Below, in pieces: positions 19,527 to 28,478 of a DNA stretch of 58,848 bases. Below the pieces are notes generated by a model that was not told the origin of the DNA, ran no database searches, and saw nothing but the letters and a program-made list of their open reading frames with translations. The stretch is from an uncultured Candidatus Saccharibacteria bacterium (GTDB taxonomy: Bacteria; Patescibacteriota; Saccharimonadia; CAILAD01; JADZBC01), in assembly GCA_964436255.1 (NCBI GenBank), contig CAYTBW010000001.1:87163-146010 (forward strand). Reading direction: 5' to 3'. Each line of letters starts with the position of its first letter. The stretch's first letter is position 1. Made by a program: the position numbers and the translations under genes.

Positions 19527-20204
19527 TCACCTTGAAGACCAGGTCTTCTTGTCAACAAAGATGGTGTTGATATACGTATCCGCGTATACCATGTAGCCGA
19601 CTGTCTCCATATATTTTATAATGCTGCGAATCTTCCCCTCAGATGAGTCGGCCGTGTAGGTTAATGTCTCGATACAAAACACGGGTGGTCGGTAGGTTTT
19701 AAAATCCCATGCTTTAATAATCTCCAGGTCCAAGCCTTCGACATCTAAAGAAACAAAGTCGGGCTGAACCGAACACTCATTCTCAAGGACATCATTGATC
19801 GACCTAACCCGCACGACTTGTGTCTCTTTAATCTTGTGGCCCTGCTCCACGTAGCGCTCCGCTTCGGACTTAGAAAATGTGTTTAGTGTGGGAGGATCAA
19901 TTTTATAGAATGTTAGCTCGTCACCCTGTGCCCCCACGCCTATAGGGAGAACTACATCCCTACTACGCTTTCTTTTTATTGTAGCTGCTAGATTCGGATC
20001 GGGCTCGATACAAACACCTTGGCACCTTTTTCTGTAAAACATGTATGTGTTACTAAGGTATGTAGGGTGGTGGGCCCCTAGATCTAAATAATATGGCTTT
20101 GTTATGCCAAGTTGTTCGAGCACAAACTCGACAATTATATCCTCACCGCACTGAGCATAACTGACTTTGCCGTCTTTCCCTATCATTATTTTTCCCTTCC
20201 CCAC
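19527..20204 (-). CDS. FkbM family methyltransferase
   Basis: 225 aa. YLDLGAH...VCIEPDP...VSLDVEGLDLEIIK pattern of FkbM-type methyltransferases. Ends with a non-overlapping TGA stop. Confidence 0.75.
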   Translation of the reverse strand: MGKGKIMIGKDGKVSYAQCGEDIIVEFVLEQLGITKPYYLDLGAHHPTYLSNTYMFYRKRCQGVCIEPDPNLAATIKRKRSRDVVLPIGVGAQGDELTFYKIDPPTLNTFSKSEAERYVEQGHKIKETQVVRVRSINDVLENECSVQPDFVSLDVEGLDLEIIKAWDFKTYRPPVFCIETLTYTADSSEGKIRSIIKYMETVGYMVYADTYINTIFVDKKTWSSR

Positions 20205-21466
20205 TTAAGTTTCGGTGCGAGAATGCCAGGACGTTTCTCAACCCAAAATGGCGAGTCGCTTAAGCCCCCTTTAAGAGAGAACTGAATTGTAGGCGTGTCT
20301 GATCCCGGTGCGAAAATCCATCTCTTATTGTGTATCCCGCCGATTAACTCAATTCTATACGAACCTTCATTAAGCATACCCCCTGGCAACGTACACGCTA
20401 TATTGTTACTACCTAATTTAAGCATATTGGATCCGCCTTCGTCTGTTGGATATGACCAAAACAGTGTCTCTCCATTCTCCCCATAAACAGCGATGCCCAA
20501 GGTTAATTCATCATCATTCTTTTGAAGAAGGCCACTAAGCGATATACAGAGATCTTCCCTGCATGACATCTGTCCTTTTGTTCTCTCGCCGCCAGCCTGC
20601 ATGCCCTCTATCCTGAGCTCAAGGGGCTCAAAGTACCCATTGCTGTATTCCTTGGTCTCAGCTTTCCGCCATAATTTCGACTCATTCTGATCGGCTCCTT
20701 GTTCAAGGTAACTAGCCAATACCTCACTTATTAAGCCGGTTTTACGGATCATGCCCGATTCTAAGAATATCCCCCGGGAGCATAATTGTTCAACTGCGGC
20801 AGGACTATGGCTGACGAACAGCACGGTCCTTCCTTGGCCGGCCACATCCTTCATCTTGCCAAGGCACTTCTTCTGGAATGCAGCGTCCCCTACAGCCAAA
20901 ACCTCATCGACTATCAAAATGTCTGGATCCAGATGGGCTGCCACTGCGAATGCAAGGCGCACATACATGCCGCTGGAATAGAACTTTACTGGGGTATCCA
21001 AGAACTTCTCCACTTCACTAAAGGCAACGATCTCGTCAAACTTGCTCTTAATCTCCTTTTGACTCATACCAAGAATTGCGCCGTTAAAATAAACGTTCTC
21101 GCGCCCAGTGAGTTCTGGGTGAAAGCCAGTTCCTACCTCTAGCAAACTTGCAACTCGGCCTCGCATAGTAATCTCGCCTTCTGTCGGCTCCACTATACGC
21201 GATAGCACCTTGAGCAAGGTAGACTTGCCCGAGCCGTTGCGGCCTATAATGCCTACTACGTCCCCCTGGCTAACTTCAAAGTTTACATCCTTAAGCGCCC
21301 AGAACTTTTCTTGCTCTATTCGGTGACCGGTAAATATCTCAAGTGGCTTGCGCAGGGTTTGGGTTAAGCTATCACGAAATGTAAGTGTACCCGGAGCGCT
21401 CTTCTGCTCATGGCCGATATTGTAGACCTTGGATAGGTTTTTGACTTCGATAATTGGCTTGCTCAT
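20186..21466 (-). CDS. Polysaccharide ABC exporter ATP-binding protein (Wzt/TagH-type) with C-terminal extension
   Basis: Walker A GRNGSGKST, signature YSSGM, Walker B ILIVDE. About 170 aa follow the NBD, as in Wzt proteins that carry a glycan-cap-binding domain. Confidence 0.9.
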   Translation of the reverse strand: MSKPIIEVKNLSKVYNIGHEQKSAPGTLTFRDSLTQTLRKPLEIFTGHRIEQEKFWALKDVNFEVSQGDVVGIIGRNGSGKSTLLKVLSRIVEPTEGEITMRGRVASLLEVGTGFHPELTGRENVYFNGAILGMSQKEIKSKFDEIVAFSEVEKFLDTPVKFYSSGMYVRLAFAVAAHLDPDILIVDEVLAVGDAAFQKKCLGKMKDVAGQGRTVLFVSHSPAAVEQLCSRGIFLESGMIRKTGLISEVLASYLEQGADQNESKLWRKAETKEYSNGYFEPLELRIEGMQAGGERTKGQMSCREDLCISLSGLLQKNDDELTLGIAVYGENGETLFWSYPTDEGGSNMLKLGSNNIACTLPGGMLNEGSYRIELIGGIHNKRWIFAPGSDTPTIQFSLKGGLSDSPFWVEKRPGILAPKLKWGREK

Positions 21467-22290
21467 ATAATGTCCGCGAATTCCTTTTCTCGCCCTTTAA
21501 AGTAATACAAGCCGAAGGCAAACAGGAAGAGTGCACTGCCTACAGAAATTGCAGTAAGCGCCCAGTCGATTGGCCCTGTACCAAGAAAGCTTGAACGCAT
21601 AGCGTTAATCACGCCGGTCATAGGGTTGAGGTACAGAAGCCATTGGTATTGCTGAGGCACAGCCGTAACTGGGTAGATTACCGGGGTTAAGAACAGGCCG
21701 GTTTGAATAAGAAAAGGCAGCGCCTGCTTAACATCGCGATACTTGACATTCAGCGCAGCTAAGAACATCCCCGCCCCAGAGGCCGCTATAAAGGTTATAA
21801 GTAGGGCAGGAATTAAGACCAGCATACCAAGCAGTGTTGGGGCGAATTGGAAGTAGATCAGTAGGCCAACGAACACAATGGAAGCAAAGCCGAAATCTAT
21901 CAATGCGACCAGTGTGGATGACAATGGTGGTATAAGCCTCGGGAAGTACACCTTCGTAATAACTGACTGATTATCCACTAAACTATTCGCTGAGCGAGTT
22001 AGAGCTTGGGAAAAGTAGTTCCAAAACAAAAGGCCGGTGTAGGAAAATATAGCATATGGCACAGCATCATTGCCCGACTCAATACCTGCGACCTTGTTAA
22101 AGAAGAGCGTAAATACAACCATAGTAATGAACGGCTGTAAGATTGCCCAGGAAGCCCCAATGGCTGTCTGTTTATAACGAACCTTAACGTCACGCCAGGC
22201 AAAGTAAAAAAACAGCTCGTGATAGCTTAAGAGTTCTTTGAGGTTGATGTGCATCCGCTTTTGCGGACGAATCACGAGTTCGTGTTGCAT
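21463..22290 (-). CDS. ABC-2 type polysaccharide exporter permease (Wzm/TagG-type)
   Basis: 275 aa with 6 predicted TM helices. ATGA overlap with the ATPase gene. Confidence 0.9.
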   Translation of the reverse strand: MQHELVIRPQKRMHINLKELLSYHELFFYFAWRDVKVRYKQTAIGASWAILQPFITMVVFTLFFNKVAGIESGNDAVPYAIFSYTGLLFWNYFSQALTRSANSLVDNQSVITKVYFPRLIPPLSSTLVALIDFGFASIVFVGLLIYFQFAPTLLGMLVLIPALLITFIAASGAGMFLAALNVKYRDVKQALPFLIQTGLFLTPVIYPVTAVPQQYQWLLYLNPMTGVINAMRSSFLGTGPIDWALTAISVGSALFLFAFGLYYFKGREKEFADII

Positions 22291-22298
22291 ACCTTATA

Positions 22299-23372
22299 TT
22301 ATAGCGTATCTTGGCTGGCTTTGTACCAGTCAATGGCTCTTTTTAGGCCCTCGCGCAGCTCGATTTTATGATGCCAGCCAAGCTCGTGGATCTTATCAAC
22401 ACTCATATAGCGGCGGTAGGTGCCGTCTGGCTTAGTTGTATCAAACTCAATAGCAATGCTGGCGCCCACAAGCTCTTTAATGAGCTCGACTAGATCTTTA
22501 ATGCTAATGTCCTTACCGGTACCGAGGTTAATGTGGGTATTTCGGACTTCCTTTTTACCCTTAGCCAGGTCGGCAAAGTCCACGTTGTTCATTACGAACA
22601 CGCAGGATTCTGCCATGTCGTCTGAATGCATGAACTCCCTATATGGCTTACCGCTCCCCCACACCTTTAGCACCACACTGTCATTCCTCTTTTCGATTCC
22701 ATATTTAGCGAGAGCTTCGAGGACTGCTTGCTCGCTGGAGTCATCTAGGCCAAGGTTCTTAGCCGCCAGTGCATACTCGCCATCTTCTATATGCTTACAC
22801 AGAATCGTCTTTCGAATAAGCGCCGGTATAACATGAGACTTTTCTAGGTCGAAGTTGTCGTTTTCGCCATACAGGTTGGTTGGCATTACAGAGATATAGT
22901 TAGTGCCATACTGCAGGTTGTAGCTTTCGGAGAGTTTTATTCCGGCAATCTTGGCTAGCGCGTAAGGCTCGTTAGTATACTCTAGCTCACCTGTGAGCAG
23001 ACTGTCTTCGCGCACCGGGAGCTCTGCATGCTTGGGGTAAATGCATACACTGCCCAAGAACAGCAGCTTCTTTACCTGGTGCTTATAACAGGCGTCGATT
23101 ACATTGTTTTGGATCTCTAAGTTGTTGTATATGAATTCGGCGCGATAAATGTTGTTAGCGTTAATCCCGCCAACTTTAGCTGCTGCCAAAAACACGTACT
23201 CTGGCTTTTCAGTGGTAAAGAATTCCTCGACAGCGTGTTGGTCAGTTAAATCTAACTCGCTTGAGCTTCGGCCCACCAGATTAGTGTAGCCTTCGCGCTC
23301 CAAGTATCGCCAAATCGCGCTGCCTACTAAGCCGCGGTGACCGGCTATATATACTTTACTTGTTTTCTGCAT
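22299..23372 (-). CDS. fcl: GDP-L-fucose synthase (GDP-4-keto-6-deoxymannose 3,5-epimerase/4-reductase)
   Basis: VYIAGHRGLVGSA, YALAKIAG (YxxxK), HVIPALIRK and WGSGKPYREFMHSDD. About 35 extra residues sit between the last two blocks. The alternative start at 23381 adds 3 codons. Confidence 0.9.
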   Translation of the reverse strand: MQKTSKVYIAGHRGLVGSAIWRYLEREGYTNLVGRSSSELDLTDQHAVEEFFTTEKPEYVFLAAAKVGGINANNIYRAEFIYNNLEIQNNVIDACYKHQVKKLLFLGSVCIYPKHAELPVREDSLLTGELEYTNEPYALAKIAGIKLSESYNLQYGTNYISVMPTNLYGENDNFDLEKSHVIPALIRKTILCKHIEDGEYALAAKNLGLDDSSEQAVLEALAKYGIEKRNDSVVLKVWGSGKPYREFMHSDDMAESCVFVMNNVDFADLAKGKKEVRNTHINLGTGKDISIKDLVELIKELVGASIAIEFDTTKPDGTYRRYMSVDKIHELGWHHKIELREGLKRAIDWYKASQDTL

Positions 23373-23429
23373 GGACAACATTATATCAAGAAAGGCATCG
23401 TGAATCTAATCAAGACACCTTAAGTACTG

Positions 23430-24479
23430 ATGTATACTACTTTATATATGAAGCATGTAAAACCGCGAGACAGAACAGTTGATGTGATCAAAGGCATGGC
23501 TATCTTGCTAGTCGTAGTTGGTCATGCCATACAGTCGACCTACCTGGACTTTGATTCTAATTTTATATTCAGATTTATATACGCGTCCCACATGCCGCTG
23601 TTCATGTTTATAAGTGGGTATGCGGCAGGATTTTCGGCTGGCTCAGACAGAGGTGTTGGCATTTATAAAAAGTTCCTTGCCTTAATGGTTCCATTCATAA
23701 GCTGGTATGCTGTGGCCTACCTCATAAATCAAAGTTGGAATACTGTAGGGCTTAAAGCCTACGTGGCCAGAGTCATAATCTCTCCTGATTGGGGCCTATG
23801 GTTTCTGCCAGTACTGTTCTCCTGCTTTGTACTTCTCGCGGCGGGCAAGAAATTTGAGCCAAAATTTGGCGCTACAATATACCTAGTCATTTGGGTCGGC
23901 CTACAACTGATTCCTACTGGAGCCTTCGGGCTAGACCTGATTAAATGGCATTTTGCCTTCTTTATTGTTGGATATTTGGCTAAGTCATTGTTCAAGTTGT
24001 CAGAGATCAAGATCTCTCCGTTGCTATGTACTGCGATTGGCGGCGCCTATTCTGGAATGGTGTTGCTTTGGTGGCGAACGATGACGGCCATAGACCTATC
24101 ATTGCTAAGATTTATACCTATTCCAGGCGGGGACCTTACGCACCCAGTTCTGGTAAACCTGTTTAAGTACTTCGTAGCGCTGTTGGGGATCTTCTTCTGG
24201 TGGGCGGTCACCCAGCAAATAAGTGGCTTTAAGGCAGCGCGGGTGTTGGCATATCTAGGCCTATTCACTATGGATATATACGTGTGTCACCTATACTTCT
24301 TTAAGCTAAGTCCTGGTAGCGAACTCGCCAGAGCAGTCCTCAGTGTCGTATTTGGCGTAATTCTACCACTCGTCCTATCTTACCTCCTCTTGCGAAGGTT
24401 TAAGACCCTAAACAAACTGTTTCTCGGGAATAGGCCTTTGGACGACTTTAAGCGCCTTAAATCCGGCCTGCGGTCCTAG
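23430..24479 (+). CDS. Acyltransferase family 3 membrane protein
   Basis: 349 aa. DVIKGMAILLVVVGHA motif and about 10 TM helices. The 3' end overlaps the convergent gene by 23 nt. Confidence 0.8.
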   Translation: MYTTLYMKHVKPRDRTVDVIKGMAILLVVVGHAIQSTYLDFDSNFIFRFIYASHMPLFMFISGYAAGFSAGSDRGVGIYKKFLALMVPFISWYAVAYLINQSWNTVGLKAYVARVIISPDWGLWFLPVLFSCFVLLAAGKKFEPKFGATIYLVIWVGLQLIPTGAFGLDLIKWHFAFFIVGYLAKSLFKLSEIKISPLLCTAIGGAYSGMVLLWWRTMTAIDLSLLRFIPIPGGDLTHPVLVNLFKYFVALLGIFFWWAVTQQISGFKAARVLAYLGLFTMDIYVCHLYFFKLSPGSELARAVLSVVFGVILPLVLSYLLLRRFKTLNKLFLGNRPLDDFKRLKSGLRS

Positions 24480-26325
24480 TGTTCCAAACGGCCCTGTCCT
24501 GAGCATTATAGAGTACTAAGTTGCCGTCGTTTTGCACGACCAATCTGACGTTCCCTGCGTTCTGGGTCCATGTCGCCCAGTAATATGTAGTGTTGCCGTA
24601 CAGCACCAAGTTGCCGTCGCCCTGAACGGATAGCCTGTTCGCTGGCTTCCCATTCGTACCTGTCCACCATATTGGTCGATTTGGTGAATACAGCACCAAG
24701 TTGCCGTCGCCCTGAACGACTAGCCGATACCTGCCATCAGCTGAAACCATTGACTGGTTAGCCGTCAAGGACTGACCGGAGCTTAGAACGCCAGCGGGTT
24801 GTACCGACCCCCCCGTCACAGTGATGGTACTTGTGACGGCCTGATTCAACCACCTGTAGCCCTCGGCTACGAGGGAGAAACTTTCAATGTATGCCCCGCC
24901 ATTGGCTGGCGCCTTTATTGGTACCGTAAAACTGGCATTTTGTCCCGGTGAAACTATCGCCTCGTTCATTGCGGCGGGCCGATTAGCTCCAAGCCAGCCC
25001 GTCGTATAAAAGGCGCTTGCTCGATCTGTCGGATTAAAAGTGCCAAGATTAACGGGGTTTCGGCCGTCTTTATACCAAGCAACGTTGCTGTCATTTCGGA
25101 TTGTGATGACCCCCGAACCAGAGGCTTGCGCCGCAATAGAAGTAGGTAGGGTGTTAGAGATGGTACTACCAGAAAGATTCGCCGCCGATACATTTATACC
25201 CCAATATAGACCTGGGTCATTCATCCACGCAATGCCTTCGGCTACCAGATTAAAGTACTCATTGTACGTACCTGGCGACACAGGAGCCTGAACAGTAAAG
25301 GTGAATGTTCCAGTTTGCCCTGGAGCTACACTCGGTTCGTTCAGGTTTGCTGCTCTACCGCAGCCAAGCCACCCGGCCGTGCAAAATCCACTACTGCGAT
25401 CCATCGAACGGGTTGTTGCTAATCGGACCGGGTTTGGGCCAGAGTTAACCCATGTGGTCGAACCAGTATTAAGTGCACTAAGGGTCCATGTGCCCTTCTG
25501 TGTTGCAACCATGCTTGACCCAACATTGCTGCCTTGGCCTGCATATTGCCAACTATACCGAGGCTGAGTTGTGCTCCCACTACCAAAGAAGTACTCAAAC
25601 CAGTACGGGAAGCTTTGATTCCTGTGGGGGGTGTAGTTGTAAAGCGAGGCAGTGGCGCCGTTGCCCATGCGGGTGTTAACCCCACCTATAACTGAGTAGC
25701 CATCAAAATAAATTAGTGCACAGCTACCGCAGCGACGCCGGTTGCCTTCCGTCATACGCCCACCGTAATTAATAGAATCGTTTCCGCCCCAACTAGTGTT
25801 GCCTTCCGCACGCTGACGATCAAAGGCCAGCTGCCACGCGCCCTTCATAACCTGGCGCTCAAAGCCAGCGGCCCAAGCTGCCGGACAGGCGCTCGCACCT
25901 TCGTAACAGGCGTAGCCCATAGCTTTGTTAAGCGACGGCACGTCACTAACGCAGTCCCCGTCGGTAAGCATGCCCTGTTCCTTTTGCAGAGTAGCTAAAA
26001 TAACTCTTGGGTTGATTTCGTTGTATTGAGCGGCCTTGTAGATTACCCGAGCAGCGTCAACTTTGTTTGGTCCGTAGTTAAAGTAGTCCATTGGCTCATC
26101 GAAGATGTTGCCGCCGCCGAGTCCGGAGCCTACGCGGGTTAGGCAGGTGTTTGGGCGAGACTGAATAAATGCACGAATCTGCGCTTCGTTCATGGCGTCC
26201 TTAGCGTCGAACACGGCGTTGTCGATCATATTCTCGTTTGAGTACGCCTTAGCGGGCGCAGCCTGAATAGCGACCACGATGGCTGCTGCGAATACTGCTA
26301 ATGCTAACTTTCTAAACAACTTCAT
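24457..26325 (-). CDS. Secreted multidomain protein: conserved N-terminal domain (ATLQKEQG motif), two Ig-like modules, C-terminal bulb-type (monocot mannose-binding) lectin
   Basis: Signal peptide MKLFRKLALAVFAAAIVVAIQAAPAKA. Duplicated PGQ..(T/S)F(T/.)V..(A)P...G.Y.E.F.LVAEG..W modules. The C-terminus carries three QxDxNxVxY motifs (QGDGNLVLY, QGDGNLVLY, QNDGNLVLY). Confidence 0.75.
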   Translation of the reverse strand: MKLFRKLALAVFAAAIVVAIQAAPAKAYSNENMIDNAVFDAKDAMNEAQIRAFIQSRPNTCLTRVGSGLGGGNIFDEPMDYFNYGPNKVDAARVIYKAAQYNEINPRVILATLQKEQGMLTDGDCVSDVPSLNKAMGYACYEGASACPAAWAAGFERQVMKGAWQLAFDRQRAEGNTSWGGNDSINYGGRMTEGNRRRCGSCALIYFDGYSVIGGVNTRMGNGATASLYNYTPHRNQSFPYWFEYFFGSGSTTQPRYSWQYAGQGSNVGSSMVATQKGTWTLSALNTGSTTWVNSGPNPVRLATTRSMDRSSGFCTAGWLGCGRAANLNEPSVAPGQTGTFTFTVQAPVSPGTYNEYFNLVAEGIAWMNDPGLYWGINVSAANLSGSTISNTLPTSIAAQASGSGVITIRNDSNVAWYKDGRNPVNLGTFNPTDRASAFYTTGWLGANRPAAMNEAIVSPGQNASFTVPIKAPANGGAYIESFSLVAEGYRWLNQAVTSTITVTGGSVQPAGVLSSGQSLTANQSMVSADGRYRLVVQGDGNLVLYSPNRPIWWTGTNGKPANRLSVQGDGNLVLYGNTTYYWATWTQNAGNVRLVVQNDGNLVLYNAQDRAVWNTRTAGRI

Positions 26326-26885
26326 TATCTAACCTCCAGGGCTTGAGGGGCTGAACTCTTAGTCTGCCCATTACTATTACTTAACACTGCCGTGACGCTC
26401 CATGTGCCACTGATTGATTCCCAGTTCCAACTTGCAAAGCTCTGGCCCATCTCCCCCGTAAGCTGTTTGCGCTCCAATGTGATCGTGTTGGCTCCGGCTT
26501 TTTGCAGCTTGACTTCGCAAAAGTAGCCGGGGGTCGAAGTACAAGTAAAGTTTACAAGAACGCCGGACGGAATAGAGCCATTGTTGCCACTGCTTTTGGC
26601 TAGTACTGGCGTCGGCAGGTTGTTCGACTGAGTAGCTGGCGGTGTAGTTGGGCTCTCTGATGTCATAGACGGCGTTGCGGTAGAGCCCGAGGAGCTAGAG
26701 TCTGTGTCCGAAGAGTCTGATTTGGCCTCGTCCTTGCTAATCTTCCCTTGGGCAACGTCTGGAGATTCCGCGCGGCTAGAAGTATACAGGTAGCCACCAA
26801 GCAATAAGCCCACGCTCAAAGCGACCACAATTATGGCAATGTTCTTGGTACGTTTTTTGGCTGTTTGGTTGGTGTGCTTTTTCAT
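26325..26885 (-). CDS. Membrane-anchored Ser/Thr/Pro-rich protein with C-terminal beta-sandwich-like domain
   Basis: Start taken at MKKHTNQTAKKRTKNIAIIVVALSV (the track start 26927 adds 14 aa). TM anchor, low-complexity SDSSDTDSSSSGSTATPS linker, Cys pair in FTCTSTPGYFCEV. TAATG overlap with the lectin-protein gene. Confidence 0.55.
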   Translation of the reverse strand: MKKHTNQTAKKRTKNIAIIVVALSVGLLLGGYLYTSSRAESPDVAQGKISKDEAKSDSSDTDSSSSGSTATPSMTSESPTTPPATQSNNLPTPVLAKSSGNNGSIPSGVLVNFTCTSTPGYFCEVKLQKAGANTITLERKQLTGEMGQSFASWNWESISGTWSVTAVLSNSNGQTKSSAPQALEVR

Positions 26886-26965
26886 ATTTGTTTTTGGCCT
26901 AATGTACATTCCCCCATTTATACTCATTCTAGCATAAGCCTTATCGAGAAGCCAAGACTTTTGTG

Positions 26966-26974
26966 TGCTATAAT
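26966..26974 (+). promoter_or_regulatory. Extended -10 promoter (TGcTATAAT) for manC, probably leaderless
   Basis: TGCTATAAT ends 6 nt before the manC ATG (26981). There is no room for a Shine-Dalgarno site. Confidence 0.4.
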
Positions 26975-26980
26975 CTCGGC

Positions 26981-28036
26981 ATGATAATCGTGATAATCGC
27001 AGGCGGCAAAGGCACTCGGCTTTGGCCCCTCTCTACCGACCATAAACCTAAGCACTTGCTCTCGCTCACCAACGAAAAGTCGCTGCTGCGCAACACCTAT
27101 GAGCGCGTACGTAAGTTGAGCGACAAGATATATATAATCCCCGAGCAATCTCATGCCGACCAGATACTCGAACATTTACCAGAATTGACAAAAGACAACC
27201 TATTCATTGAGCCTGGTCGACGCGGCACGGCATCTTGCGTACTACTTGCCCTAGCTAAGTTGCAAGAAAAGTATGGCGAGGATGAGGACATAGCCTTCCT
27301 ACACGCCGACCACCACATTACGAACCCGCAATTATTCCTGGATGCAGTGGAGCTGGCCAGCGTAAGTGCCCGCAAAAAGAATACTATTAGCTTAATTGGC
27401 CTTAACCCTACCTACCCCGCTACAGGCTTTGGCTACATTAAGATGGGCCAAAAAGCGCAGGGGCTCGATGGCGCAGAAGTATTCGGTGTAGAGACTTTTG
27501 TAGAGAAGCCAGACGAAAAGACCGCCGAGCAATACTATAGAAGTGGCGACTACCTTTGGAACTTGGGACTCTTTGCCGGGCCAATTAAGAGCTTTGTGCA
27601 AGCGTGCCGCGAGCATAGCCCCGGGCTATATAGTGGCTTCGAAAGCTTAGTAGCGAACATCGGGGATGACAATAAGCTCGACGAAGCCTACATGAAGCTA
27701 GCAAACGAACCAATTGATACAGCACTCATCGAGAAGATACCTAACCTTCTCGTGGTGCCGGGTGCGTTTGGCTGGGCTGACATCGGCAGCTTTAGCGACC
27801 TGCATGAGGTGCTAGGGTCCAAGGCCGACAACGTGGTACGGACAGGCGACTGTGCAACAAGTTTGCTCGACTGCGATGGATGCTTAGTGATGAACACAAA
27901 TTCTGGTAAGCCAGTAATAGGGATCGGACTAAGGGACATTGTAGTAATCGATACACCGAACGGTACGCTGGTCTGTCATAAACGCAGAGCTCAGGATATT
28001 AAGAAAGCCTTGGAGCAACTCAAAGCCCAAAGCTAA
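26981..28036 (+). CDS. manC: Mannose-1-phosphate guanylyltransferase (nucleotidyltransferase domain only)
   Basis: MIIVIIAGGKGTRLWPLS P-loop-like motif and FVEKPD block. About 351 aa, with no C-terminal cupin domain. Confidence 0.8.
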   Translation: MIIVIIAGGKGTRLWPLSTDHKPKHLLSLTNEKSLLRNTYERVRKLSDKIYIIPEQSHADQILEHLPELTKDNLFIEPGRRGTASCVLLALAKLQEKYGEDEDIAFLHADHHITNPQLFLDAVELASVSARKKNTISLIGLNPTYPATGFGYIKMGQKAQGLDGAEVFGVETFVEKPDEKTAEQYYRSGDYLWNLGLFAGPIKSFVQACREHSPGLYSGFESLVANIGDDNKLDEAYMKLANEPIDTALIEKIPNLLVVPGAFGWADIGSFSDLHEVLGSKADNVVRTGDCATSLLDCDGCLVMNTNSGKPVIGIGLRDIVVIDTPNGTLVCHKRRAQDIKKALEQLKAQS

Positions 28037-28038
28037 CC

Positions 28039-28431
28039 TGTAGCTCTGCCTTACGCGACATTCGAAGATCAGAAAGACTGGAGCTGCCGACGCCAGAACG
28101 AGCGAGGACTTAGCGTAAGCGATCCCGCAGCGAGTATCTAGTGACAAAGCGAACAGTCACTTCTAGATCTGAGCCCCATGTCGCAGATACTTTTGGCTAC
28201 TTTTGGTATCTTCAAAAGTAGCAATCCATAAAGTGCGTCCCTTTTAAACTATTCGTTCTTTTGAAAGGGCCAAAAGAACCTAAAGCCCTTCCGACCACGG
28301 GTTCGCATCTAGGTGCGTTCGTTCACTCATGAATCTAGAATGTCGTGCCCACTGCGAGTTTGAGGACTCTCGTGGTTCACTTGTTCTGGCGCGTGGGCTC
28401 CTCACTACCTGATGCTCCAAGGTCGGGTTAG
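28039..28431 (+). repeat. Mosaic intergenic repeat, copy B
   Basis: See copy A. Own imperfect terminal inverted repeats: 28045-28072 resembles the reverse complement of 28408-28437. The right arm 28397-28431 is 35/35 identical (inverted) to 53252-53286. Confidence 0.85.
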
Positions 28432-28478
28432 GGCAAGAATCACGAAAGTCTGACGAAAAAGTTGCTAACAGTATATAA

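Noticed and set aside
22299-23381. An insertion of about 35 aa in GDP-fucose synthase (between HVIPALIRK and VWGSG) as a possible novel domain.
   Set aside because: I believe long-form Fcl enzymes of about 355-360 aa exist in other phyla. The insertion is short and all catalytic motifs are intact. This could not be verified without a database, so it was not pursued.
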